A DNA stretch of 63,669 nt, counting the filler, from Squatina squatina (Eukaryota), in NCBI GenBank assembly GCA_031763465.1. It is 3 parts of 3 records of this genome, joined end to end, with 100 filler letters (N's around TTAATTAATTAA, not from the genome) between each part and the next. Parts side by side here need not be neighbours in the genome. Positions count along the whole stretch, not along the records: positions 1 to 30,038 come from JARFOE010000046.1; positions 30,139 to 50,998 come from JARFOE010000115.1; 1 more part is not named here. One strand, 5' to 3'. A program made the translations under genes and the position numbers. The stretch's first letter is position 1; the number at the start of each line of letters is the position of its first letter. Positions 26,400 through 38,894 of this stretch are shown here, in pieces. The notes under the pieces are model-generated. The model did no database searches. It was not told where the DNA came from and worked only from the letters and a program-made list of their open reading frames with translations.

Positions 26400-26690
26400 G
26401 AAAAGAAAAATAAAGACTTGCATTTATATTGCCTCTTTCACAACCTCTGAAAGCACCTTACAGCCAATTAAATACTTTTTAAATGTACTCACTGATGCAA
26501 TGGAGGAAATGCGGCAGCCAATTTGTGTGCAGAAAGCTCCCACAAATAGCAATGTGATAATGGCCAGATAATCCGTTTTTTCGTGCAGTTGGTTGAGGGA
26601 ACTCCCCTGCTTTTCTTCGAAATACTGACATGGGATCTTTTGAATACATCTGAGAGTGCATATTAAGGCTCCACAATTCCATACCATTCC
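26400..26690 (-). mobile_element. SacSINE1/DeuSINE-like SINE including its 3' tail
   Basis: Reverse complement of the core at 3179-3349 plus the tail ...atataaatgcaagtc. Confidence 0.75.
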
Positions 26691-29600
26691 CCTCCCTCAA
26701 GAATGGTCACTTGAGATATTAGAGACCTGACAGTGTTCTTGAAACCAGCCCTCATTGTGAGTCAGAGTCACTGAGTAGAATAGGGGGAGAAACCTGGCTG
26801 AAAAAAACAAATTAGATGCAACTGTTGTGGAAATCATTTGCCTGTGGATTCCTTTGAATTTTTCAGTGGTGATGTGAAAAGCATAAATGCACTTAGCATA
26901 GAAACCTCATGTGATCAAATACTTCCTTGCCTTGCCTTTAAACTGCCATATAACTCTTACAATGAGGCAGTCATTGACATGACAGAATATTATATAATTT
27001 AAAATACACTGTCACTTTAATTGTCTACAGCAGTCTGAAATGATTATTGTCCCAGACTCTTGCTGTGTAACTATCGATGACAATTTGAGTCAAACAGAAT
27101 CCATGACTCCAGTTCCTCAGATCTAAAAACTAGCCTCCAGCTCTTTATTCCATGCTCCACAAAATCTTCCAAAGTATATGGGATCCTGATGAGCACCTAG
27201 ATACAGATGGCGGCAGCAGCAAAGAATATATTCTTTGTTTACGCTTGAAGTGTTTAATCCTTGGTACAAAAAAAATCACAGATGTTGAATTGAACTTAAC
27301 TGTCAACAGTAACCAGTGTTTGAGAAATACGCACCCTTAAAACTACTTGCCTCATCTATAAAATAATCAATTCACCTCAGCACTGGAAGAGAGATCCTGC
27401 TGTTTTATTTCCCCCTCATGCGAAACATTCTTGATTTTTGCTGCTCGTGAGTTCAGGGTTGTCATACTTGTGAACAAAATTTAAAGCTTGCACTGACCAG
27501 GATTATTTCTTTATTATTCCAGGCTTTCCATTTTTCTAATTGAGCCAGAATATCTGGATATTATTGGGTGGCTAATTTTAAATGACTGAAATTATTGTAA
27601 TCTACCCAATTGATCATCGGTGATGGCATACTGCATATGATTCACATCTTTCAACTGTTTGTCGCAGTCATTTTTCCTATTGCATAGAACCGTGTCAAGT
27701 AAAACATGTTAAATATTATTAAAATATGAGTCTGAATATCCATGCTTTGAAGATGGTATCAAATCACATAGAAAAATGACTACACTGCAACCAGCTTGTC
27801 AAATAGCCCACATTCCAGTTTCTCTAGAGAAATTGCAAGACTGTCAGGTTTTCTTTCTCTTGCCTTATCTCTTCTGGACGTTGTAGGATATTTACTCCAG
27901 TGGAATTCACCTGCTGTTAAACACATGCACCGTATGAGTCTTATTCTGAAATGCAGATGTATTTTACTGTAGCGGTGAGCAATTTACAGGACAGTTATAC
28001 ATTTTGCACTGATACAAAGTGATCTCAGCTTTCCATCAACGTAAAAAAATATGGCTTAGGTGTGAAGTCATTTGGGCAGATGGTGTGTGGTCACTTTGAG
28101 GAAGTAGCCTCGCACCATTTTGACTTTGCGCCGCAATAGGTGTGAAGCAAAATTGATGAGGTTCTCTACCAGGGAACTTTTCAAACTTCATTTCCAAAAA
28201 TGTAATGTTAGTAAGGAGCCAACTATCCCACCGGCTTTTTGCTAACTTTGAGAATTTAGCTGGCATTTAGATACCTCAATGGTGAATTCTATTAATTGTC
28301 ACCAAAACAACTAGGATCTGCAAGCATTGCTTCAGTTTTAACAGATGCAGGTTTCAAATATGTACCTGTAGTAGAACAATGCCCTTAGAGTGTTAAACAT
28401 TTCTTCCTGTTCCAGATAATTATAGTGAGACATTTTATGGTTCATGACACTGCTCAAAATTTAATTCACGCATAATCTAACATAGTGTAATTGCTCAGGT
28501 GTAATTAGGAACAGAGTATGTTTTCATACATGTAATCTGTGAATTTACAAGGTTCATTGAATGCATTGACTACATTTAAAATAAGTGCTCACTGAATGGT
28601 CAGGAAATACAAACATTCACAGACTTCACTTGATAATTCTTTAACTTCACTCAACGAACTATGATAATTCAGGCTTATAAAGTTCAAAGTAATGAAAACA
28701 TGCCATAATTGCACTTTTGCTTAATTTGATTGCTCAACAATGTTCCCTCTAACTTTTGCTCAAGAACCNNNNNNNNNNNNNACAGCAATTTGTTAGGCTG
28801 CACCTTACATCTTCTTGCGAGAACCAATTATGAAACATGTATGCTGGTCTCTGTGAAGTCTGTTTGCAATTTTCTGAAATCATGCTGTAATTAGAAAGTA
28901 TTTCATGGCCCATTAATATCAAATAATATTTTTTGGCAAAGCTAGGTATTGTTAGCATCTAATTTACAAACCATTATTCTTTCTGGGTAATTACGTTTTA
29001 ACTCTTCATATCTCATCACGTGGGTTAAAAAGACCGTGCAGCATTAGACACTGCATGTGACCATAGAGAGCTTTGACCAACTCATTTTCTTTGTGCAGTA
29101 CTGGAGTTCTAACTAAAACAGTCAATCATGGTAACATCTTCTGGCACTCACTGAGGCTCCTTGACACATCTTCAAGTGAGGAAGATCAGATTGCATCAAA
29201 GACATGACAGTATGTGAGTTCTTGTGATAGCTCAGCAGATAAATGAATTTTTCGGTGTAGTGCGTCGTCAAATTATGTAGACCAGCAAGGTTCTGGGAGG
29301 GGTTTTCCTCCAGATCCCACCTGAAATTGGATCACAGCAGAAATGGGGTAATGAGACCTTCCTTTTCCTCATCATTCTGACCAGGATTTCCCTCCCCCAC
29401 CCTCAATGGGAACACTGCTGCTTGCTCCTTCCTCACCTGCCATGCACAAATGGGCCCAGGTCCCAGTGGATATTCCTCCTTTCCACTCATGTCACTGCTG
29501 CTTCTTGGGGGCAGGGGGAAGATTGCAGTGGGTCCTGGGGAGCAGCTGTAACTGCCTTGAGCAGTCCCCATAGAGGGAGAGAGTCCAGTAGCATCCTCCT

Positions 29601-30038
29601 CTCTCTTGATTGTGACCCCAGTGACTTACTTTGGTTTCCACTGAGGCCTCCGGTGGGTCTTGGTTTCCAATCTTTGGGGCACGTCTGACCCTTTAATGTC
29701 CCTCACTGGATCTTATGAATCTACTTTCTTTTTCACTTACTTCGAGCCTGCCATGCATATTTAATTAACCCTGACCAGGAAAATGGGTCAGGTCTAGGAC
29801 GGATATCAAGGGACAGGCGGATGTCCTGTATTGCCGGAACTCCGTGGTAAAGTAATAATGGATACATAACCCTGCCCAAGGGATATGTGGAGGAATCTCT
29901 GGCCATATGTAACTGTATTAGACATATTTATATGTATAATATATATATGAAAAAAGCAATTGGGCAAATATTCAAACAATAAATATTATGGGGAAAGGAC
30001 AGGAAAAGGAAATAAATTACTTTTCAGAGAGTGTGTGC

Positions 30039-30138
30039 NNNNNNNNNNNNNNNNNNNNNNNNNNNNNNNNNNNNNNNNNNNNTTAATTAATTAANNNNNN
30101 NNNNNNNNNNNNNNNNNNNNNNNNNNNNNNNNNNNNNN
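30039..30138. other. Artificial scaffold linker 44N-TTAATTAATTAA-44N
   Basis: A palindromic 12-mer (30083-30094) with stop codons in all six frames, centred in a 100-nt spacer. An identical structure occurs at 50999-51098. Confidence 0.93.
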
Positions 30139-30290
30139 AATTCCAAATGTATAAATAAATATAAATGTGTTTTTATAAACGCACTCACAATTTCACATCA
30201 AATCTTCTCCACATGTGGCCTTAGAAATTTAGCAACATGTCTTTTACACAAAGTAAAATGATTATTAATACAAAAATAAATAAAACATAC

Positions 30291-30409
30291 CTTATGATTT
30301 CTTCCATGTTTATCTAGCAAGGAAATTATAGACTTAATGTGTCCTTCTTTGATAATGTTCAGTGCTTCAGGACTTTCCACAAGAACACAGTGTAAAACCT
30401 CAAGAATTC
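30291..30409 (-). CDS. RYR2: Ryanodine receptor 2 internal exon (about human exon 18)
   Basis: cag|GA ATT CTT... translates to (G)[39 protein letters not shown]|gtatgt. 119 nt with canonical splice sites. Confidence 0.93.
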
Positions 30410-30449
30410 CTGTTTGGTAAAATGAAAATTAATTAGTTCAATGAATGCA

Positions 30450-30820
30450 CATGCCCTGCAATGTTTTCCCTTCAAGTATTTTCCAATTCCCTTTTGAAAA
30501 TTACTATTAAATTTGTTTCCGCCACCCTTTCAGGCAGTGCATTCCAGATCACAACAACTTGTGTAAAAAAAAATGTTTCCTCCTGTTACCTCTGGTTCTT
30601 TGACAATCACCTTAAATCTGTGTCCCCTGATTATCGACCCTTCTGGCACGGGAAACAGTTTCTCCTTATTTACACTATCAAATCCGTTCATGATTTTGAA
30701 CACCTTTGTCAAGTCTCCTCTTAACCTTCTCTGGTCTATGTGGAGAATAACCCCAGCTTCTCCAGTCTCTCCACATAACTGAAGTCCCTCACCCCTGGTA
30801 CCATCCGAGTAAACCTATCA
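30450..30820 (-). mobile_element. CR1 LINE 3' fragment within an RYR2 intron
   Basis: KVFKIMNGFDSVNKEKLFP...IRGHRFKV. Confidence 0.85.
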
Positions 30821-31015
30821 GCTTGTTGGTTTAGCCTCATAATTTAAATAACACACATACAAAAAAACTGGGCAGCATTTGCTTGTTCTTTGTGTTCTGC
30901 TTTGAGAAATGTTGGNNNNNNNNNNNNNNNNNNNNNNNNNNNNNNNNNNNNNNNNNNNNNNNNNNNNNNNNNNNNNNNNNNNNNNNNNNNNNNNNNNNNN
31001 NNNNNNNNNNNNNNN

Positions 31016-31078
31016 ATGGGCAGCACTACTGTACACGTTGAGATGATCAATGCACTCAAGAACTAGGTTAATCATTCC
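31016..31078 (-). CDS. RYR2: RYR2 internal exon (about human exon 16), 3' part lost in the gap
   Basis: ttgcag|GGA ATG ATT... translates to GMINLVLECIDHLNVYSSAAH, which continues the preceding exon in frame. Confidence 0.9.
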
Positions 31079-31363
31079 CTGCAAGTGAATATATAAAGAT
31101 ATATTTGTAGATCCCTTTATATCAATTTTCCAGCATTTTTTTTCCTGCATGGGTTTAATTTGTTATGCACTAATAAGCCTGATAATTTCTGATTTGGCAT
31201 TATTACAAGAATGTCATTTGATAGGTTTTAGAATCAAATGGAAGTGGGCTGTAGATTGTGCACCCAATTTTTTTAGACATAACTTATTAGCATAACTTCA
31301 GGCTAAATAGATCAGCAAAGAAAGGTAACGAGAGTCAAGCAGCGCGAAGCGTCAGCCGTTTAC

Positions 31364-31547
31364 CTCTTCCTGGAAGAGATTTTGTCTGTTCTTCAGTGCT
31401 CTCAATCTGTTCTGTTTCTCTTCATGTTCCAGATGTTCATCAGGTGGCTGAAAATAGCCAATCAGATCCTGCAAACTCAGGCTGACTGATTCAATGGGCA
31501 AATCAACAGCTGTGGATTTCCCTTTCTTATTGAGAGCATCAAGGCCC
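31364..31547 (-). CDS. RYR2: RYR2 internal exon (about human exon 15)
   Basis: ccag|G GGC CTT... translates to GLDALNKKGKSTAVDLPIESVSLSLQDLIGYFQPPDEHLEHEEKQNRLRALKNRQNLFQEE|gtaaac. 184 nt. The residues match RYR2 better than RYR1 or RYR3 as I recall them. Confidence 0.93.
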
Positions 31548-32437
31548 CTGGAAGCAGAACCAAATATTATCTGCAACTTTAATATCCCACCGTCAATGAT
31601 CAAGCGTGACTCTGATTACTTAATAAATTTACTGACAAAGTGATTTGTCAAATTGAAATAGCATAGGGTAGAAATTCTGTTCCTCCATGGGGCAGAATTT
31701 TGGGGAGAACCAAAGTTTCCAACTTATTCACAAAGCTGTAGCAAATTCTAATCATGAGAGGGGACCAGGGGATTCTTCTGCCCATCCCTGAAGGAAGGCA
31801 CAGGTGCCATCTGTGCCACAAGTAGGCCCTATCAGGATTCCCTTCACCGTGCACATCCAAGTGGACCTTAGTAAATAGGAGGTCGTGCACATGTTCCCAC
31901 CAGCAGGGAGTTCTCTTGCTTCTTCTTGCTTGCCTGCTGTCTTTGGAGCAACCAGGCCAAAGGCTCCCTCTCTCAGAGCAACAGGCTTCCATTCCTAGAT
32001 TACATTGTTGATGCTGGGTGGGTGCTCCAGTTACAGCAAATACAGGTTCAGGCCCCCACCCCTATTATGTTAACGACCCCATTCGTGGGATCTGGGATGG
32101 AGTCATTATGGGAGTAGAGTGATGGGTGAAAGTTCCGCCCACTGGCGATGCAATGGCTCATGATTACCAAGCTTACTTTATGATGTTAAGCATTTTGATG
32201 ACAAAGATGAGGAAGTATATTCCAGGTAGCACCTCTGGTAAGAACTAAAATTTTCTTCAACTGCCATTCAAAGGGAAAGGACAGTCAAGGGAATCTACTT
32301 TTAATTCAAAATATTCCGCATTTTACGAAAACAAAAANNNNNNNNNNNNNNNNNNNNNNNNNNNNNNNNNNNNNNNNNNNNNNNNNNNNNNNNNNNNNNN
32401 NNNNNNNNNNNNNNNNNNNNNNNNNNNNNNNNNNNNN

Positions 32438-32570
32438 AACTCTCTCTATTACCTCATCAAATAACTCGATCAAGTTGGTTAAACACGATTTGCCTTTAAC
32501 AAATCTGTGCTGGCTTTCCTTAATTAATCCACACCTATCCAAGTAACTGTTAACTCTGTCCCTGATTACC
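32438..32570 (-). mobile_element. CR1 reverse transcriptase fragment
   Basis: IRDRVNSYLDRCGLIKESQHRFVKGKSCLTNLIELFDEVIERV carries the QHGF..GKSCLTNL RT motif. Confidence 0.9.
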
Positions 32571-34569
32571 CTGGGAGGGATCAAGGGTTTCCTCAGTGGG
32601 AAAGGAAAAATACTGAACAGCAAGTAACCCTGATGCTGATCTTGTGCACCTCTGCATGGATGGTTCAGTTGTAAAGGAATTGGTCACAGTCTGGACATGG
32701 GGAAATGGTGCAGGGGGAAGTTCGAAAAGGAGAGTGGGGGGAAAAAAACAAAACATTCAAAAAAATCAAAACATGAGTCACGGATTAAAAAAGAAATAAT
32801 AATATTAGAATGAGTTCCTCCAAAATCCAAGGTGAGTGGTGTTATTTGGTGATGTAATGCATATGTGGAGTGCATTGGCAGACTAAAGGTAACGCACAGT
32901 TGCAGCAGTGTTACTGCAGGGGTTTTTGAACAATCTTACCTTGTGCTACTTCACTTCCAGAACAAATTGGAGCAACACTCCAGAGAGTTTGCTGGAATGC
33001 GGCATCAACCTGCAAACTGCTACAGCCATATGACAAATGCTGCAAGAGAACAAGATCAGTTCAGCACTGTCTTGAGACTGCCAGGTCACGCTTAAATACA
33101 TTAACAGAATACTGATATTTTAAAACATCGTCTTCAACCAATCAAAGGTGTAAATATTACGGCCTGCAAACCTGCTACCAGCATTTATTCTATTGCTTCA
33201 GTGTTTCAATAAGACAAATATAATAACATTTGCAGGAAGATAGTTTAACATGTTTGTTCAGTTTATGCCTGCTTTGTTTTATCAAAATACAAGTGGATTC
33301 AGACTTCCTATAGCATCACGTCATCTAGCCAAATAGGTAAATAAGCACTGCATTGTTACATGTGCTACAAAGCAAATCACAAACTAACGCTTCTGCACCT
33401 CTCAGACAATGCGTGAAAAATGGAATCAATGCTAATCAAGAATTCCAGGCTACTCATTATCATAAAAGATATGGGGATGTTTTCACATTTAATTAATTAA
33501 TTAACTGAAATCTAGCTTCAATAAAAAATGAAAATGGAAGCATTCGCTCCTCACTGTGTATAACTTTCTGACCATGATTACCAATTAATCGCTTCCTACA
33601 CATTTAAGGGTTTTTCCTCCATTTCCTGCCAATTCTTCTCTCCCCTTTCCCTCGCCTGCAGCATTGACTTGTTGCTGGGTTATGTTCCCACAAGCATCGG
33701 TCACTCTTCTGACCCCCAACCAAGTGGCCATTTTACATGTGCAGGCTATTCTATCGTAAACTACTTTAAAGGAAAGCTTTAAACCCGAAACNNNNNNNNN
33801 NNNNNNNNNNNNNNNNNNNNNNNNNNNNNNNNNNNNNNNNNNNNNNNNNNNNNNNNNNNNNNNNNNNNNNNNNNNNNNNNNNNNNNNNNNNTGACGGTCA
33901 TCCAAGGTCCGCACTCTCTGTTCCAGTGATTCAAGTAGATGTCAAAATCCCACAGCACTATTCAAAAAAAGATCAGGGAGCTTTCTCACTGTTAACATTT
34001 TTCAATTAACCAATATCACCTAAGAAAAGATTACTAAGTTAAGGCATCCCAAGCAACAGGCCGTGCCCATGCCAAGAGGGCAGACAGGTTCCAACAATTC
34101 TGAGAGTTCCACGCGGTAACAAGCCTCTTGGGGTCATGCAAGAGCAGCCTGAAATGGTTCCGACATCGATCCTTTCTCCCTTCAGATAAATGAACTAGCT
34201 TCCTCTTGAAATGTCCTCCAATGGCAGGACTGAGATCTGGAAGTATCCATCTGAGGAATTGGTGGCACATTGTTGGACCACTACACTGTTCCTTTTTCAT
34301 GAACTTGTTTTATATGTGAGGGGGTATAGCCAAGAAAGAAATGGGAAGCAGTTTACTTTTAACAAGGAGCTCATAAGAAACGTGATTGAGCATCATAAAT
34401 CAAAGTGGTGAGCGCACTGGGTAGCTTCTGACAAAATAAGCTCTGTCATTAACTGTGAGTGTAGGCATGCTAAAAATAAAAGCTGCAAATGCTACATAAT
34501 GCATTTTACAAGCATGCTACAGTTTGCCAGGAGCGGTGCGAGGGTCAGTGAAGTATTTGTTTTGCTTAC

Positions 34570-34584
34570 CTTCATCATGAATTT
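34570..34584 (-). CDS. RYR2: RYR2 15-nt microexon encoding KFMMK (about human exon 5)
   Basis: Minus strand reads ...gcttacacag|AAA TTC ATG ATG AAG|gtaagc. Phase 0-0, on the correct strand and in the correct order relative to the other RYR2 exons. KFMMK lies in the RYR2 N-terminal stretch QVDVEKWKFMMKTAQG. Confidence 0.85.
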
Positions 34585-34739
34585 CTGTGTAAGCATACAA
34601 AATATTTTTGAAAAGTTAGTTTACATGAGTATTTNNNNNNNNNNNNNNNNNNNNNNNNNNNNNNNNNNNNNNNNNNNNNNNNNNNNNNNNNNNNNNNNNN
34701 NNNNNNNNNNNNNNNNNNNNNNNNNNNNNNNNNNTCTAT

Positions 34740-34910
34740 TTATCACCCGATACCTCTCCCCCACTTCACCTCTGCCTTTAAACTCACCTTCATGATCAAA
34801 CTTTTAATCACCACTTCTAATAGTTTTGGCTTGATCTTGTTTTTTGGTCTGATTACTCTTCAGTGAAGCTTCTTGGGATATTTTTATATGTTAAATGTGC
34901 TAAAAAGAAA
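34740..34910 (+). mobile_element. Degenerate L2 3' tail
   Basis: aaaactcacctt...gatcaaacttttaatcacc...gtgaagcttcttgggatattttt.atgttaaatgtgcta. Confidence 0.45.
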
Positions 34911-37900
34911 GTGTCTTGCAGAATAAAGAACCAGACCATTGCTCCAATTCTCTTGTCCTCAAAAGAACAGCTGGGTATCCCTACATGACAGTGCTGTCAA
35001 TTTCAAAAATAACTCTTTGCTCATTTACTGGCTCATTGAAAAGAATCCTGCAGGCAGCTTTTCCACTTCAGTCACCAGCCTTATTTGCACTATGGTTGTT
35101 ACAGACCAATATCTCTTCTGGATATCCGGTTAGCACTGGAAAGCTTCGCTCAATAAGCAAAGCATAGTTAATCTATCAACATCTGCCGAATTTCTGCCTC
35201 TGGCAAATATTTTCTTCTTAAAAAAGAGAATTCCCATTATGAAAATTGAGCACGCACTTTCAGTCACAATACATTAGTTCATCTAGCTAATAGCAGGCTA
35301 TTGTACATTGCATTGCTTGCACCAGACAAAACACCTGACAGAGAGTCACGTGATGCGTATTATGGGTGGAGATCAATTGTAACTGATCTGGTCCCACATT
35401 TGTTCTTCATCACAACCTGATTGCACACAGTTACAGGGAATATATAACTCTAAAATTGGGTCTTGTGTTGTTTTTGCCCTCATCAGTGAGGGATGTTCTA
35501 TGCTTAGGAATGGAACCATTCCAATTTCAGGTCCCCTGGGGGGTGGAATTCAGCTGCCCTGTGCTGCCAACAGTAATCCACAACTTAGTGCACCATTGGC
35601 GCCCGGCGCTGATGCTGTTTTAAAAAAAATCATAGAATTTGTCATCTTTTTTCAAAGATTCCTGGAGCAGCACTGATGGCTCCCATGGGATGCAAGTGGG
35701 GTGCTCTTGCTGAACCTGCAGTAAATTCCACATGAGCCTCCTGCAGACTCAATTANNNNNNNNNNNNNNNNNNNNNNNNNNNNNNNNNNNNNNNNNNNNN
35801 NNNNNNNNNNNNNNNNNNNNNNNNNNNNNNNNNNNNNNNNNNNNNNNNNNNNNNNGTATAACATATCAAGTAAGCCCGCCGAAGAGCCACAGTCTCAACC
35901 CCCTCACTGAAAGCTGGCAACCGCATGGTTCCTGGCTACAAGTGAGTTTCAATTTTTTTTAAACTTTCCTGGTGAGCTCCTCCTGGCCCCACAAGGACAT
36001 CTTGGGCTTCACCTGCCCCAGGCTTTCGTCCCTTTCCCAATCGCAGACTTTCCGACCCCTCAATCCTTACTTACCTTAGTTGGGATCCAATATGTGGGTT
36101 CCTGGCGGTGACCAGGACACCACCACCCCCCAACCGTACAAATTTTTATTCCAACCTGCTGGCAGTGATGTCGTCCCACCAGCTTCGAGCAAAACTGAGC
36201 CCAAAAATGAAATGTTGCATGTGACTAAAAGCTCAGTCAAAGAGGTGTTTGTCTGGTTCACAAAAATCGGGAGAGATGTATAATGGGCGGCCAATCCGTT
36301 ATCGCCAAAACTTAAAATTACCCCCAACTTCCACTTGCTGTTTATAAAATGAACAGGGCCATCCTGGCTCCTGGGCACGGCTGAGACAAGTGACCATTAT
36401 CGAATCAGTTGTGATATTCTGACCTGTTTGGCGTCAATACTCATCTCACTGCCGACAGACTACAGCTTTTTTTTTAAACTGTGCAAATTCACTTACTTTT
36501 AAATCTCAACACTAAAACAACACTCAATTCTTTTCTGGAAGAATGTTTTTTTAAAACATCTGAAAGACGAGTTCTTTCTGGAGGTGGGGCTATTCCAGCA
36601 TCCATGGGATAGAGAAAGTACACTGTTGAAACTAGGGGTCCTACAGATTTAATAAAAGGCTTCCCCGTGAGAGGAAGCAAGAGAAAAACAATTGCAAACC
36701 TGTCATATCAGTGAGCTGTGGAGAGGCAGTGAGATATAAAGAAAATGAGGATAAAGAGAAAGACAGAATAGATGAAAGCAGGAAAGAATATATTAATGTC
36801 ACTTAACTATCAGCTGTGACAGCGTGATGGACGCCGTTTGCTCATATGTGTCGACAGATCAGGTGAAAATCTCACACGTAAGGTTTAGCCAAAATTGTAT
36901 CCCTCGTTATGATTAACTGGGTGGCATTCACAATCAGCACTGCACAGCCCAATCACAGTCGAAAATNNNNNNNNNNNNNNNNNNNNNNNNNNNNNNNNNN
37001 NNNNNNNNNNNNNNNNNNNNNNNNNNNNNNNNNNNNNNNNNNNNNNNNNNNNNNNNNNNNNNNNNNAGAATGTGACCCTACAAGTCGACTGGAGAATAAT
37101 ATCATGCTATTGCGCCGACACATAAACATGCAGTAGCTAGAGGGTATTTAAGAAAAAAAAACCCATATCAAACAGAAACATATGTCTTAGCAGGAAGAAG
37201 TTGATGGTTGTAGCTTGAATATTTTAATATTTGTTAACAATGTATCTATTAAAAATGAGATTATTGAAACCACCAGACAGCTGTCTGCAATTCAAAGTGA
37301 TTCATGAACCTTTGCAAAAATACAATGTTGAAATGAGATGGAAAAATAAAGCCCACAAAGCCAGTTTTTGTTCTAAGGGTGAGTTCACAAAGTGCCATAT
37401 ATAGCACTGGCCTGCATAATGAACACAGAGAACAAAAATGTACGTATAGGCCTAAGAACAAATTCGCCAAGGTGAAATAGAACAAGAACTATGTAGAATT
37501 CAAATCATGCCGCAATCTCACCTTTCTTTACTCAACTAAATTTAAAATCTAATAGTACAGAGCTGAATTTCAATTCCAGGCTTAAATCCCAACGTCAGCT
37601 GAAGCTGGATCACGGTAATTTGATTGGGGAAAGCTCATCACTTTTCAGCTGAGCATTTAAATGAGGTATGGCAAGAAAATAGAACGCTCCATATCAGGAG
37701 AAGTAGGGAGGGTGGCGGTGGGAGGGAGGCTGAGGGCGAGAGAAACCCATTGTTGTCCATACTTCAGAGTAGTAATGACAACTATCGCTGAGGCTATCAA
37801 ATACCCCATCCTCCCAGCTGAAAGGAGAACAGAAGCAGTGGAGGCAACCATAAAGAATCGACACAAAACAATGGAGAGTAGCCACTCAAAAATGCATTTC

Positions 37901-38078
37901 TGTTTCAACCACCCTACAGTAAAAATTAAGGAATTAAAAAAAAGTTAGAAGAGCAAGCCTGTGAAACTCTTTCTTACAGGGCATTGCCTTGTTTGTTATT
38001 TTAGCATCAGCTCATTTAAAATAAGCAGGTTAAAGCTTGTGTTGGAATTGCAGACAGAGAAAAGTTAGACAAACATAT

Positions 38079-38590
38079 TGGGCTAACAATTCGGTAGCGC
38101 CTCAAAAGTACCGCCCCATTAGCGCCTGGCGCTGACCTTGTGAAAGATTTCCAGAATTCGGTAAAAATTTTCTAAGAGGCAGGAGAAACGCTAAATGAGA
38201 TGCTCCTCCTGCCTCCGCAGACGCCAAAGAGGTGTCCCCACGGCGCAGATCTCGGCAGTGGCTAGGAGTGACACTGCCGAGATGCTGGAGCTCTTCCCTT
38301 ATTTAAAGGTGAGAGCTCCCCGCTGTGAGCTCTGCATAACAAAATCAATGCATACGAGCCCCAGGGCGTGCGACTGCCGTGCGATCAGCCCGGCACTCGC
38401 GCAGAGTGGCGGGCTGATCAATTGCGGAACTCAGCAAGCCATCTCATGTTTCAGAATGCAAAATTATGTCAGTTACAACCTATTTTAAATTCCGGCCACA
38501 CAGCATGCCTTAATTGGCGCACTGCACGCGGCCAGACTCCATGGGAATGACCCCTGCTCCAGGCTATGTCAGCGCCTGGTGTTGGAGCAG
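38079..38590. mobile_element. GC/CpG-rich non-autonomous DNA-transposon-like repeat
   Basis: Begins abruptly with gggctaacaattcgg, similar to the GG..CAATTCG ends at about 2115-2132, 54381 and 55468, and contains ttagcgcc subterminal motifs. Confidence 0.45.
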
Positions 38591-38690
38591 NNNNNNNNNN
38601 NNNNNNNNNNNNNNNNNNNNNNNNNNNNNNNNNNNNNNNNNNNNNNNNNNNNNNNNNNNNNNNNNNNNNNNNNNNNNNNNNNNNNNNNNN

Positions 38691-38894
38691 GCTGAGAATG
38701 AGGTACTGCACCCCCAGTAATGCTGAGTATGAGGTACTGCACCCCAATAATGCTGAGAATGAGGTACTGCACCCCCAGTAATGCTGAGAATGAGGTACTG
38801 CAGCACCAATAATGCTGAGAATGAGGTACTGCACCCCCAATAATGCTGAGAATGAGGTACTGCACCTCGAATAATGCTGATAATGAGGTACTGA
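38691..38894. repeat. Minisatellite with a 30-31 nt unit (taatgctgagaatgaggtactgcacccccaa), about 6-7 visible copies
   Basis: Direct head-to-tail repetition that runs into the gap on the left. Confidence 0.95.

Noticed and set aside
33489-33504. TTAATTAATTAATTAA within called sequence, resembling the linker
   Set aside because: It is not flanked by Ns, and RYR2 exons lie on both sides in the right order. Most likely a natural (TTAA)n microsatellite.
38691-38894. Roughly 30-nt repeats superficially like a CRISPR array
   Set aside because: The units are contiguous with no unique spacers, there are no cas genes, and the context is vertebrate. It is a minisatellite.
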